Assembly: GCF_004010195.1 (NCBI RefSeq)
Contig: NC_057738.1
Location: 41,693,693 to 41,757,692, forward strand
Length of the DNA stretch: 64,000 bases
Origin: Chiloscyllium plagiosum
Taxonomy: Eukaryota
Reading direction: 5' to 3'
Shown here: positions 11,400 to 24,300 of the stretch, in pieces
Layout of the letters: each line of letters opens with the position of its first letter
Position numbering within the stretch: position 1 is the stretch's first letter
Made by a program: the position numbers and the translations under genes
Notes under the pieces: generated by a model
Told to the model about the DNA's origin: nothing
The model's database searches: none
The model's input: the letters and a program-made list of their open reading frames with translations, nothing else

Positions 11400-12045
11400 G
11401 TCTTCAGCAATGATTGTAGCTAGGAAAAGGTTGGAATGTAGGCTGAAAGCTGGGATGGGGTTACAGATGGAGGAGTAAACAATAGGTCGAGATGGAGGCC
11501 AGAGAGTGAGAAAGCAGCAATTGGACAAACAAAAGAATGGGGAAAGGTCAGTTTGGGGTGGATAGTTGCTAACGGGGGCCATTAGTGGCTGATTAGATTG
11601 GGGTTGTGGTAGTATCCCATGTGATAACAAGGTATGGTTTGTGGGGATTGGGGTAAGGGCAAGGGAGAGCTCAGTCCATACAATGATTGAACTTGAAATA
11701 GAGTCCTGAAGGCTGCAGTGTCCCTTAACTGAAAACGAGACGCTGTTTTTTCAGCTTGCATTGAGCTTTGTTGGAGCACTGCAGCAAGGCTGAGACAGAG
11801 AGGTTCGCCAAGGAACAGGGGTGTGTGTTGAAGTGAGAGTCAACATGGAGCTCTGGGTCAATAACTCAATATCGATTTCAATAATATTAGGGCTTGAACA
11901 CCTTCTCCCAATGTTCTTTGCCCAGCCTCCTCACACCAGGCCTTGTCATCACCTGACCTGCTACCAGAATCAACCCATTAGGAATCATTAATCATTTCCA
12001 TTAGGAGCTGTTATGCTCCCCCCTTAGTTTTACCTATTCCCTTTT
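11400..12045. mobile_element. Degraded PLE 3' fragment with inversion
   Basis: Minus strand 11400-11855 matches the endonuclease end and 3'UTR at 58270-58620; 11860-12045 repeats part of it on the plus strand. Confidence 0.7.
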
Positions 12046-12049
12046 GTCA

Positions 12050-13690
12050 GGACAAAATTGGCTTGAAGATAGGAGACAGAGGGTGGTGATGAAAGGCTGT
12101 TTTTCAGACTGGAGGCCTTTGACCAATGCCACAGGAATCGAAGCTGGGTCCACTACTTTTCATCATCTACATAAATGATTTGGATGTGAATATTGGAGTT
12201 ACGGTCAGTAAGTTTGCACATGACACCAAAATTGGATGTGTAGTGGACAATGAAGAAGATTATCTCAGAGTACAATTGGATCTTGATCAGATGGGCCAAA
12301 GGACCAAGGAATGATGGATGGAATTTAATTTAGATTAATGTGAGGTGTTTCATGTTGGTAAGACAAATCAGGGCAAGACTTACTTTAATGGCAGGGCCCT
12401 GAGAAGTGTTGCCAAATAAAGAGACTTAGGGGATCCAGTGCACAGTTCCTTGAAAGTGGAGGCATTGGTAGACAGAATAGTGAAGAAGGTGTTTAGCACG
12501 TTTACCTTCACTGGTCAGTACATTGAGTACAGAAGTTGGGACATCTTGTTGTGGCTCTACAGGACATTGGTTAGGCCACTTTTAGAAAACTGCTTACCAT
12601 TCTGGTCTCCCTGCTGTAGGAAAGATATTATTAAATGTGAGAGGGTGCAGAAAAGATTTACAAGGATGTAGCCAGGATTGGGGGTTTGAGCTAAGGGGAA
12701 TTAAACTGAATTAGCTTTACTGTCACATGTACTCATATAAGCACTGTGAAACATTTACATACCGCGGCACCATCTTAGATACTAAGGTGTCTAGGTACAG
12801 CTTCTTCAGGTACAAGATCCTAGAAAACAGAGAAATAATAAGTCCAGCATTGCAAAAATAAAAGTTCGGAATAACAGCCTTCCAACCCAGAACATGCTGG
12901 CACCTCACTCCAGTCTGCACCGGGCCGTGGCTTCACCTCAAGGTTCATGAGATTGGGAGGTTGCTCTGGAATCACCTCGAGACCAGGAGACCACATCGAG
13001 ACCGCATCAGGCTGACAGACCACTACATACTGTCTGAAGACCGCCTCACAGGCCGAGGGGACGCTATGCCTCTGGGTGGATCCCTGGTCATGTCTGCACT
13101 GAGGCTGGGTGTTGTCAGAGGCTGGGAATCGACCGGGGGCCCTGAGCTGTTCGAGGCTGGGAGAGAAGAAAATAAAAAGAACACAGGGAGGGAAAAAAGA
13201 AGAATTGGTGGAGCCGACAATCTCCAGCTGAAGCGTCTTACTCTGCTGCCATCTTGGACTTGATGCTGGAGATATTTTCTCTGGAGCATTGGAGGCTGAG
13301 GGGTGACCTTATAGAGGTTTACAAAATCATGACAGGCATGGATATGGTAAATACCCAAGGTCTTTTCCCCAGGGTAGGGAGAGTCCAAAACTAGAGGGCT
13401 TACATTTAAGGTGAGAGGGGAAAGATTTAAAAGGGACCTGAGGGGGTAGCTTTTTCACGCAGAGGGTGGTATGTGTTTGGAATGAGCTGCTAGAGGAAGT
13501 AGTGGAGGTTGGTACATTTACTACTTTTAAAAGGCATCTGGATGGGTAAATGAATAGGAAGGGTTTAGAGGGATATGGGCCAAGTGCTGGTAAATGGGAT
13601 TAAGTCAATTTAGTATATCTGGGACGTGGACGATTTGGACCGAGAGGTCTGGTCCCATGCTGTATAACTCCATGACCCTATGGCTCTATC
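12050..13690 (+). mobile_element. CR1 ORF2 RT fragment to 3' end, interrupted at ~12700-13258
   Basis: PQESKLGPLLFIIYINDLD...SKFAHDTKI (RT motifs B and C), LYRTLVRPLLE..., 3'UTR. Confidence 0.95.
12700..13258 (-). mobile_element. Non-autonomous element with Rex/Babar-like ends nested in CR1
   Basis: Starts ccaagatggc on minus strand; ends ttcacagtg..gtacatgtgacagtaaa, like the Rex tails at 17950-17993 and 63780-63826; no RT motif seen. Confidence 0.6.
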
Positions 13691-13765
13691 GCCATCTATC
13701 ATTTACTCCTCCTCCCTCCTGCACCCCATCTTCAGCGTGCATTACAATCTTTCCTAGCTACAATC

Positions 13766-13803
13766 AGTTCTGAAGAAGGGCCACTGGGCCCGAAATGTCA
13801 ACT
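13766..13803 (+). ncRNA. Minimal type I hammerhead ribozyme motif (family C)
   Basis: AGUU-CUGAAGA-A-GGGCC-ACUG-GGCCC-GAAA-U-GUC-AACU; helix I AGUU/AACU. Confidence 0.65.
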
Positions 13804-13852
13804 CTGTTTTCTCTCTACAGATGCTGCCAGACCTGTCGAGTTTTTCTTAAAA

Positions 13853-14183
13853 TTCCTACAGTGTGGAAACAGGCCCTTTGGTCCAACAAGTCCACATCGA
13901 AGAGTAACCCACCCAGATCCATTCCCCTACCCTAATACACTACATTTACCTCTGACTAATGCACCTAACCTACACATCGCGGACACTATGGGCAAATTAG
14001 CATGGTCAATTCACCTAACCTCCACATCTTTGGATTGTGGGAGGAAACCAGAGCACACGGAGGAAACCCAAGCAGACACAGGGAGAATGTGTAAACTCCA
14101 CACAGAGAGTTGCCTGAGGCTGGAATCAAACCTGGGTCTCTGGTGCTGTGAGGCAGCGGTGCTAACCATTGAGTACCGTGCTG
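13853..14183 (-). mobile_element. HE1-like V-SINE, near full length
   Basis: tRNA-like head with A box (tcaatggttagc) and B box (ggtttgattcc), V domain, CR1-like tail gggcctgtttccacactgtag. Confidence 0.92.
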
Positions 14184-15819
14184 TCCCAGAGTTTCTCTGG
14201 CAATTTCTGTTTTTGAGTTCTAGCACCCACAATTCTTTGTCTTTTCTCTCTCAAAGAATCTTTTAAGTTTCAATAAAGGCACCTCTCATACTTTTCCATT
14301 CCAGTGACGACAGGCCTAATGTACTCAACTGCTCCTTATAGACAGTTCCTCGTTACTTGGAATCAGCCAGGTGAACCTCTCTGGACTGGCTCCAACGCCA
14401 GCAAATCTTTCCTTAGACAAGGGGCCCAAAACTGTTTGAAGTATGTGATCTGATTATTGCCTCAGATATTTTAGCAAGACCTCCCTATCTCAGCCAATAG
14501 CAGTACTCTTATTCGTACTCCGTAGTAACAGTGGACAACCAGGAAAATCCTCACAGAAGTACAATTCCAAGGAGAGTGAACATTAAATCCGTAATTAACA
14601 CTCCAAGGACCATCATGTCGCAGGAGAGGAAAACAGTAACAAACTAGTTCTTGCTACAATTAAGCAAATAACTAATGAGCCTTTGGGCTGGCATTCCTCC
14701 TTTATCTCTTGTGATCCTCTGACATCTGATGCAGAACAATAGAAAGTAATTGAGATATAGCTCCCCCCCACTCCCCACCCGACCTAACTCTTTAATATTT
14801 AAACCCTCAAGCTGCTGTCTAGGTAACCACACTTTCACAGATAGGCAGAAATCAAGCAACTCTTAAGGTTTCTATTCACTGATTTTTGCTGATTGTAATT
14901 GCAATGAGCTCTATAATGGCTGAGGAGAAATTGCAATCCACAAAACCTGCTGCATTTTCTGCAGCCTTTTCTCAATGTTGCTAGTGAACGGCTTTACTCC
15001 AGGTTCCTCTGTCACCTTGAAGATTGAAATGTAACATTTCATACTTTTATTTCATTGTACCGCTCCCTACATCTTTGTTTGATATTATCCCTTGAACATT
15101 AATTACAGAGGAGGAACCTTCAGGAAGTGTAAATAAGGCTATTGGTGGATAAAGACCCAGGTTGGCATCTCCCCGGCCCCTGTGTGATTTGGGTAGTACC
15201 AACTCAGCTGGGAAACTATGGCCAGATTGAAAAGCATGAGATTCCAGTGGTTGAGAGAAAAGGTCAAACTTAGTGGGGAATGTTTGAACAGAGAGATGAA
15301 AATTTCTCCTAGTGTGTGGCAAGGAGCCTATCTGCAAGCATCGACATCTAATTTTATTTTAATATCTGTTCTTGTTTCAGTTTTATGCATCGGGTTATTT
15401 TCCTACACAATCCAGGCGGTGAGAATTCCTGACAAGCAGTTACCCGACATCTCCAGCTCACTGCCTGCTCCTCTTGAGCCTCCCCCTGGTCTCAGGGTAC
15501 TCTGCCCAAATAGTAACTGCCTGTACCCCTCCTACCCCCTCCAATGAAGTTAGCATCTGATACACACCAGTCTCACCCATCAACATGGCATGTCAAGCAA
15601 AAGCAAAACACTGCAGGAACTGGAACAAATACAGATCCCAGAAAGAAAATCCAGTAAAACTTGAGAATGCTGCATCCTGTCGGACTTGTTTAATATACCT
15701 CAGAATAGACCTCAGTGCGTTAATCTAAAGTGTGACTTTTTTAAAACTGTGTTTTCCCTCTGGGAATGCTGGAAAAGTTAAGCAGGTCTGGCAGCATCTG
15801 AGGAGAGAGAAAGAGATTT

Positions 15820-16635
15820 GGAATGCAGTTCACAAATCTTGGAAAGTGGAGTCGCTGGGTAGATAAGGTAATGAAGAAGGCATTTGGTATGCTTGACTTT
15901 ATTGGTCAGATTTAAAAATCACACAACAACAGGTTATAGTCCAAAAGGTTTATTTGGAAGTATAAGCTTTCAGAGCACTGCTCCTTCATCAGGTAACTAG
16001 GGCAGGATCATAAGTCACAGAATTTATAGTAAAAGACCATAGTGTCATGCAATTGAAACGATACATTGAGAAGCAACAATCTCTGTTTATTCAACATATT
16101 GTTTTAATTGCATACATTTCTGGTCTCCCTGCAATAGGAAAGGTGTTGTTAAGCTTGCAAAGATTCAGAAAAGGATATTGCCAGGTTGGAAGGTTTGAGT
16201 TGTAGGGAGAGGCTGAATAGGCTGGGACTGTTTTCCCTGGAGCATCAGAGGCTGAGGGGTGACCTTATAGAAGTTTATAACATCATGAGTGACATGGAGA
16301 GGGTGATTAGACAAAGTCTTTTCCCCATGGTGGGGTGCCCAGAACTATCGGGCATAGATTTAGGGTGAGAGGGGAAAGATTTAAAAGAGGCCGCAGGAGC
16401 AACTTTTTCACGCAGAGGGTGGTGGATGTATGGAATGAGCTGCCAGGGGAAGTGGTGAAGGCTGGTACAATTACATCATTTAAAAGGCACCTGGATGGGT
16501 ATAAGAATATGAAGGTTTAGAGGGATATGGGCCAAATGCTGCCAAATGGGACTAAATTAAGTTAGGATATCTGGTCGACATGGACGAGTTGGACCGAAGG
16601 GTCTGTTTCAATACTGTATGACTCTGCGACTTCTA
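15820..16635 (+). mobile_element. CR1 3' fragment containing a PLE-B insertion
   Basis: RERLNRLGLFSLEHQRLRGDLIEVY; FFTQRVVDVWNELP. Confidence 0.92.
15911..16062 (-). mobile_element. PLE family B pseudo-LTR fragment
   Basis: ttaaaaatcacacaac..agctttcagagcactgctccttcatcagg (decayed hammerhead). Confidence 0.8.
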
Positions 16636-17154
16636 TGAACCTCTGACTTTAAACTGCAATCACCTCAATTTTGACATGTGTAAAACATAATTATCTTAAT
16701 GCCATTTTAAGCATTTTACGTGTGTGTATTTGAAGGCACTGTTTATTTACTTTTGTTAGGGTTAGTAGTTAATAATATTCCTTTCAGTTTTACTTAAATA
16801 ACTTTGTAATCTGGCACCTTCACTTTGATCTTGTTAGTTATAGTTGCAAGAATGTTGGGCCGAATGGCCTTTCGCTGAGCCATAACAATTCCATGATTCC
16901 AGTTAGATTTTGATTGTACAGTGATAGCTGTGAGCTGAAAAAGACATGAAAATAATTGTTGCAACTGACAAAGGGAAGAAATAGAATAAAGGGGAGTCAG
17001 ATGTCTCTCTTTGCCTGGCAGTAACAAGACAAAAGTAATTTTAAAATATTTATTCAACACATAAATGCTCAGAAGAACATTCATCACATTTTTAGTCAAG
17101 TATTCAAATAATTAGTCTATGGTAGTATTGTTCGCCACAGTCAGGAATTTTTAA

Positions 17155-17530
17155 AAATTCGCTCATGGGATGTGGACATTACAGCTAATATCAGGGTTTA
17201 TCATCTGTCCTTCATTGCCCCCGAACTGAGTGACTTTCTCATCATTTCAGGTGCAATTAAAAGTCAACCACATTGCCACCTTTTTGGAGTTACATGTAGA
17301 CCATACTAGGTAAGAATAGCAGGTTTCCTTCCCTAAAGGACATGAGTAAACCAAGCAAGCCTTTTACAATAATTAACAGTGGCTATAAGGTTGGCATTGG
17401 GCCAACCCAGCTTTTAAAATTGACTTCAAATTCCAGCACCTGCCTTGGGTGAGATTTGAACCTGCATCTCCAAGGTGTTGGCTTGAGGCCATGACTTCTT
17501 AACCCAGTGACATTATCACTACACCAGCCC
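17155..17530 (-). mobile_element. tRNA-headed SINE of a third family
   Basis: agtcaaccacattg..tttccttccctaaaggacat; related copies at 20745, 40240, 43455, 51035. Confidence 0.75.
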
Positions 17531-17534
17531 CTCC

Positions 17535-17993
17535 CAGTCTGGTGCATCACAGCTTGGTGTGGAAACTGCTCTACCCAAGGCTGCAAGAAATGATAGAGAG
17601 TTGTGAATACGGCCCAGTATGTCACGAAAACTGGCCTTCCATCCATTGACTCCATCTACGACTCTCGCTGCCTTGCGAAAGCAGTCAGCATCATCAAAGA
17701 CCCCTCCCACCCTGGTGATACTCTCTTCCAACCTCTTCCATCAAGCATAAGGTGCGAAAGTTTGAAAACACATACCAACAGATTCAAGAACAGCTTCTTC
17801 CCCGCTGTTATGCAAGATCTCTCATATGTTAGAGTTGATCTTTCACTGCCCCTTCTCTGTAGCTGTAACATTATATTCTGCATTCTGTTCTATTACCCTT
17901 CTGTACTTATATAAGGTATGATTTGTCTGGTTAGCATGCAAAACAATACTTTTCACTGTATCTCGGCACGTGATAATAATAAATCAAATCAAT
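17535..17993 (+). mobile_element. Rex1/Babar LINE 3' fragment
   Basis: LPSIDSIYDSRCLAKAVSIIKDPSHPG..FQPLPS..TNRFKNSFFPAV (Rex/Babar C-terminus), tail aataaatcaaatcaa. Confidence 0.88.
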
Positions 17994-18639
17994 TGTGATG
18001 AAGGTGTACGGGTGGAGAATAATGATGATGCTTCATCTGATTTTTCATTGAGGCCTCTGCAGAAAATTCTGAAAGAACTGACAAGAACAGACCAGTAAAT
18101 TTGCAATTTTTAAAAAGAATTCTGAGGGTGTGAGGAGTGATATTTGTCCACACACCCTTCCTCCCCTGCCAGTAACTTGTCCCACTCACCTAACTCCCCA
18201 ATTTTGACTTGGCTACATGGAGGAGGGGATCGATTCTCCCCAGTCACATCCCACCCGACCTCCTCATAAACCGATTCTAACATGGGCAGTTCCACCATGA
18301 AGTGTAAGTGAAGTCCAACATTGGAATAACTCAGGCCAGTGCTCACAGATGTCAGACAAGTTGGCAGAATCTTACAGCCCACAGAATTTGCCCCTAGAGT
18401 AGAAAAAAAACACTTTCGGTTGGTGCCCATGTTGTACCAAGCCTTAAGTAAGTGCAAACTTTAATTAATTAAATTGAAATCCTGCTAAAGGGCAATTTGG
18501 GATTTGAACCTATGTCACCAGGGGAGTAGATTAGTCTCACTACAGACGCACTGACAGGGCAGAGTGGCGAAGTGGCCTCATACCTGGTCACCAGGCCTAT
18601 GACCCATGACCAAGTACTTAACAAGAACGATTGTAAAGT

Positions 18640-18783
18640 TGGACACTTTCTTTATATTGTATGTTTTGGTTCATTTTATTTGTGTTTTAAGATGGCACCA
18701 GACAGCAGCAAGTCTGTACAATATTTTTCACTGTAATTTGTAACAAGATTCACGTGACAACAAATCAATCAATGAATCAAATC
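18640..18783 (+). mobile_element. Rex/Babar-type 3' tail fragment
   Basis: tttttcactgta..cacgtgacaacaaatcaatcaa. Confidence 0.6.
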
Positions 18784-19314
18784 CTGTAGCATCATTATAG
18801 GACTTCATTTAACTTCTTTGCACTTTTTTTATAAAGCTCGAGACTCTGCAGGATGCCTATTCAAGCATAACTGCATGGGTTGCTTGGATTTGCCTGAGGA
18901 ATATTGATGGATTATTGGTGGCATTATGTATTTGCAGTGCACTACTGATGTGCAGTTGGCCAATGATAAATAAAATAATAAATGGCCATGGACTCATGGG
19001 GGTTGACCAATGTTTTTACATTTCATTTCCAGCATTGATTCTGAGAAAGAAAACATTATTTAAAGTTGCTGCTGCCTGCTCTGGCTAGCATCAGCTGACA
19101 CGCACAAAAACAAAATCCAGTAAATCATTAAAAAGGAAACTCCAGGATTTAAACAGCTGCTGCTTAGTTGTAATTGAGACCACAACATAGAATGGTGTTG
19201 ACGGAACCATCAATGTTAGTGCGATTCTCCATTTTACAAAAAGTATGTTGTACATCGCAGTACAATGTTCTTGAAGTTGCTGTTGAAAGAATCAGAAGAC
19301 TAATGGAGCTCATC

Positions 19315-20083
19315 ATCTATGTCATGATGTTTAGATTGATTCTAATCTAAAAAGTGAGATAACAGAGTTTTACATAAATTCATGCAGTTTTTGAACAAAG
19401 TACAATGTAACTCTGCAAGTACAAATTCAGCCCACAAAATATACGTGTGCATGTGGGTACCGGGCAAAGGCTATGACAACGGATGAATGGGCACCGCACA
19501 ACAATCAACAGACAGGAGGGTTCCCTCCCAGTTGGGGAACACTTCAGTGGTCCAGGACATTCAGCCTCGGACCTTCGGGTGACCATCCTCCAAGGTGGAC
19601 TTCAGGACAGGCAGCAGAGAAAAGTGGCNNNNNNNNNNNNNNNNNNNNNNNNNNNNNNNNNNNNNNNNNNNNNNNNNNNNNNNNNNNNNNNNNNNNNNNN
19701 NNNNNNNNNNNNNNNNNNNNNNNNNNNNNNNNNNNNNNNNNNNNNNNNNNNNNNNNNNNNNNNNNNNNNNNNNNNNNNNNNNNNNNNNNNNNNNNNNNNN
19801 NNNNNNNNNNNNNATCGTAACACAGAATTTATAGCAAAAATTTGCAGTTGATTTACACATGAAAGAAGTGAAACTATCACTGTATTCTAACAGATGAAAG
19901 GCTTAACAGACAATCAATTTTTCAATGTATAATTTAAGTTACATCACACTGTAAATTTTTGCTATAAATTCTGTGTTACGATTGAGCCCTCCACTATCAC
20001 CTGATGAAGTACCGTCGCTCCGAAAGCTAGTGTGCTTCCAATTAAACCTGTTGGACTATAACCTGGTGTTGTGTGATTTTTAA
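19315..20083. mobile_element. Rearranged PLE family B spanning an assembly gap
   Basis: RMNGHRTTINRQEGSLPVGEHFSGPGHS (GIY-YIG domain), near-identical to 30770-30908; pseudo-LTR with hammerhead motif at 19998-20032. Confidence 0.88.
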
Positions 20084-20487
20084 CCTGGCTTCATGAAGAC
20101 AGGCTCTCACTGTCTCTACCTGATAGCTGAAAGGTGTTGAATGACACGAAGCTGCTGTATTGTCTTTTGGGACAGAGAGGCAGGAAATCAAAGAGCCCCC
20201 AAATGTGAATTGGAGGCGTGAGATTATATGGTCATGAGCTCCATTATAGGGGGCATTGAATAGAGATTCTATTGGGAACATCCTGGAATGGCTTTGATAA
20301 CATGCACTTGATAGTTTCCATAGAGGAGGGGAATTGAGCAGACACGTTTCTCATCCGTAGCCTCCGAGGGAATGTGACTTCGGGGACTCAACATGTGGTA
20401 TCAACTTTGCTGCCAGATATTGTTTATCTGTGTTTCAGCCTCCATGCTTCTGTCTCTCATTAGGCATTAGGCCCAGTGAGATAATAG

Positions 20488-20720
20488 TTGAAAAGTGCAG
20501 CACTGGAAAAGCACAGCAGGTCAGGCAGCATCCAAGGAACAGGAGAGACGACATTTCAGGCATAAGCCCTTCATTCGGAATGTGTGTGTGCTTGTGTGTG
20601 TACGCTTGTGTGCATGTACGTGTGTTTGTGTGTATGTGTGCGTGTGTATGTGTGTGTATGTGTCAGGAGGGGGAGGGGGCTGAGTAAGATAATATCTTTA
20701 CAAAATAGGGGAGGAAGTGG
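20488..20720 (-). mobile_element. PLE family A 3' end with internal (TG)n expansion
   Basis: gaaaagcacagcaggtcaggcagcatcc..ggcataagcccttcatt, then TG tract at 20581-20663. Confidence 0.75.
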
Positions 20721-20744
20721 CATAAGGGTCACGTCATTAGTTGT

Positions 20745-21165
20745 GGTGTAGTGTTATCGCTGGACTGCTCAGCCAGAGTCCCAAGTAATATGCTTGGCAC
20801 CCAAGTTCGAATCCTGCTGTGGCAGATGATGGAATTTGAATTCAGTAAAAATCTGGAAATCAGAGTTTAACGATGACCATGTCAGGGAAATTCCCATCTC
20901 GTTCACTAATATCCTTGTGTGAAGGAAACTTCCACCCTTACCTGACCTAGACAAGCAGGAGGCTGGGAGAGCACAGTAAGCCAGGCAGCATCAGGAGGTG
21001 GAGAAGTCGATGTTTCTGGTGTAACCCTTCTTCAGGACCTATCCTGATCTGGTTTATATGTAACTCCTGACCCACAGCAATGCGGTTGACTCTTAACTGC
21101 CCACTTGGCAATAAATATTGGCCTAGCCAGTGATACCCTCATCCTGTGAATGAATTTTTAAAAAA
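20745..21165 (+). mobile_element. Third-family SINE with a nested PLE-A-like piece (~20950-21037, minus)
   Basis: B box gttcgaatcc; core ggttgactcttaactgccc; tail ggcaataaatattggcctagccag. Confidence 0.75.
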
Positions 21166-21787
21166 TGGTTTAAATCCCATCTGTGGTGAAATTTGTGCTT
21201 AACAAAACAAATTTGGAATTAGACAGGCGACTCTCATGGTGACCATGTAGCAAATTTCATTAAGCTTCCTCTGGTTCATTATTGCCCATTAGGGATGGGA
21301 AATCTGCATCATTACCTGGGTAGGCCTATACATGACTTTGGACCCACAGCAATGTAGCTGGCTTTTAGTCTTCTGGATAGTAAAACCTGCCTGAGCCAAC
21401 AGCGCCCCGATTGCACAGCAAATTTTAAAAACTCTAAACATGCCATCTTGGTGCTCTTAAAGCTCTTGTGTACCTTAATAATAAAATACTGTAGGTTACT
21501 CTCCTGTTGTTGTGTTCTACTTTGGCCTCACATTCACCCTGCCACTGTCCCTCAACATTCACTGCACAACTGATGGTTACCACACCATCAGCAGCCACAC
21601 CCCCAAACCTTACCTCATTACCCCAACAACAGCTCGCCTTCTCCTCAAATTCTCACCAGATTTATATCCGAGGCATCAAAGAGAGGCCACATCTGTAAAA
21701 TGAGAAGTTTTCAACTATATTCTGCATTGAAAATTCATTCTGGTCATTTCATGTTGACATCAATTCTGTTCCCACCTCCTGCCCCCC

Positions 21788-22198
21788 ATACACACACACA
21801 CACACACACACACAGACATGCACAGACACACACATGTGCGCACACATACATACACACAAACACTAACACACTAGCACACATGCACATTCACAGACACACA
21901 CAGACACATATACACATGCACAACTACATAGACTCACACAGACAAGTACATACACACATACCCACACATACATATGCACGCATATAACATATAAGCACTC
22001 ACATACACACAAGTGCACTCAAACACACAACACATCCATACACACACACATATGTACACACACATACACACATACAGACACAGATATACACATAGATGCA
22101 CACATACACATGGACATACACAAGATCGCACACATGTATGCACACACACACATACACAAACGCTTGCACATACATGTACACACACACAACACACACAG
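21788..22198. repeat. Degenerate (CA)n microsatellite
   Basis: Directly visible. Confidence 0.97.
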
Positions 22199-23121
22199 AT
22201 GCTTCAATTTGATTCAACTGAAAGAAATGTTATTTTTGAAGGAGAAATGTTATTACAAGTGTAGGCTATATGAAAAGGAATTAAGGGGAGAAAACAGAAG
22301 GCAACTGATGCTATGTTATCTGGATCTGAATGAGATATAAGCCAACGTATTGATCCATTTAATTATATCTGCCAGATGTAACAGCAGACTCAATCTCAAG
22401 CTGAAACAAACCCGTTAAATATGCAGCTGGGAATTCACAGTCCCTTCCATGTGTGCAGATGAACAAGCTGCTCCCTGGCTGACCTAATTTGGGAAAAAAA
22501 ATCAATTAACTTTTCATTCTTTTCTGAATATGTTTTTTTGCTGTTGTCACTGGCAAGCTATACAGCAGAGGGATACCATATCCTTAAGCTCCAGTGTACT
22601 TAAACCATTGAATGTTTTAATAAAAAGAAAACAGGGACTGCTGTGTGAGCCATTCAATGAATGAATTTGCTTTTAGTGTAATTCAAAGGCCAGTGGCTAC
22701 ACAGGATAGTAGGCACTTAAATTCAATAAGCTCTGGGTTTTTTTAGCTTCGCATTTCAAAGCATTATAAAAGTTAATTATTGTTCAAAAATTAATGTCAG
22801 GCATTTCAATGGCAGAGTGACTGCTGAGTCATATTAAAATGGCAGAGAGAGGATACAATCTGCACCACAATTTGAAATCCAATCATGTACTTAAAGGAGA
22901 TTTGTAAGCAGTAGATGTGAGGGATCTAAGTGGTGGTTCTGCAAAGTTCAACTGGTGCTGTAATGGCAAGGAATATCAACCACTGAAATCGGATCAAAAA
23001 CAGAGTACATTAAGCAGACAGGAGTGCGTACTACCCAATAACCCAATGCTATGCTTAAAGGTATTGCACAGACAGTGCCTGAGTTGCAAACAGGTTCTAT
23101 TCTTGAATCCACATGTAATTG

Positions 23122-23340
23122 GAAGAGTGCGCTGCTGGAAAAGCACAGCCCATCGGGCGGCATCCGAGGAGCCGGAGAGTTGATGTTTCAGGCATAAGCT
23201 CTTCATCAGCCCTTCCTCATGACGGGCTTATGCCTGAAATGTCAATTCTCCTGCTTCTCAGATGTTGCCTGATCGACTGTGTTTTTCCAGCACCACACTC
23301 TTCGACTCTGATCTCCAGCATCTGCAGTCCTCACTTTCTT
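23122..23340. mobile_element. Miniature palindromic PLE insertion (family A)
   Basis: Inverted arms ~23122-23209 and ~23215-23303 meeting at two decayed hammerhead cores; tail to 23340. Confidence 0.85.
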
Positions 23341-24009
23341 CGTGCAAGTCAATTTGTACACAAGTCGGGACACAATGCAGGATAATGTAACATAGCTACT
23401 TGCAGTTACAGGAAACATTCACATTTCAGTTCTTTGAAGTGCAACCACTGTATAGATTGTGTTTATAAGGATGAACATTTGTAAATCAGTCGGTCATAAA
23501 TCAGGACTCCCACGTATCTGTTTTTGTATAGAGATTGGGACATATGCTGTACAAGGAACAACAAAAACTTAGTCTAGATCACACTGTTACGCAAAGGGAA
23601 TTTTACATAATGGAAGTGCAACAAACAGATGGACAGTTCCCTCTTTCACTGCCCACGCTGTTCCATACAGTCTGGCACCTCCACATGCCCACGGTAGCAA
23701 TAAAAACAATTAAAGGAGGCACGTGCTCCTGCTGCCCAAAGAGACTCCAGCCCAGGATTTAACATTGAAAATAAACAGAGAGTGACAAGCAAAGTTGTGC
23801 CCCTAAACAGGAGGGAGATAAGTAGATAATATGAAACACTGACACTTGCACTTCTCCTGTCTTCAGTGTCACAGGTTAGGCACCATCTGGGTTCACTTGC
23901 ATTTCTCACAATTAATTTGCATAGGCACAGCTCACATATTACAGTTTGTGCTAAATGCATTGGAAAACATTGGAAAATGTTGGCAGATTTGTGGAAACCT
24001 CCCCACCAA

Positions 24010-24300
24010 AGAGTGGGTTTTTTCTGGGTGCTCTGGTTTCCTCCCACAGTCTAAAGATGCACAGGTTAGGTGGATTAGCAAAGATAAATTACCCACAGTG
24101 TCCAGGGATGCGCAGATTAGGTGGATTGGCCAAGCCAAATTACCCACAGTGTCCAGCAATTTGCAGGTTAGGTGGATTACCCAAGGGAACTACAGGGTTA
24201 TGGTGATAGGTAGGATGGTGGGTCTGGGAGGGATCCTCTTCAGAGGGTCAGAATGGACTCGATGAACCGAACGGCCTGCTTCCACATTGGGGATTTGATG
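24010..24300 (+). mobile_element. HE1-like SINE, 5' truncated, with an extra internal repeat unit
   Basis: Three copies of the (c)aggttaggtggatt unit. Confidence 0.85.

Larger units (their letters stand above)
13690..14218 (+). mobile_element. PLE family C 3' end split by an HE1 SINE
   Basis: Hammerhead motif at 13766-13803; the element resumes at ~14189 (gagtttctctggcaatttctg). Confidence 0.8.

Noticed and set aside
15047-15337. 96-aa minus-strand ORF in unique DNA
   Set aside because: Non-ATG start, weak acceptor, no recognisable motif.
21700-22340. His/Thr- and Cys/Val-rich ORFs (also 20430-20687)
   Set aside because: Translations of CA/TG microsatellites.
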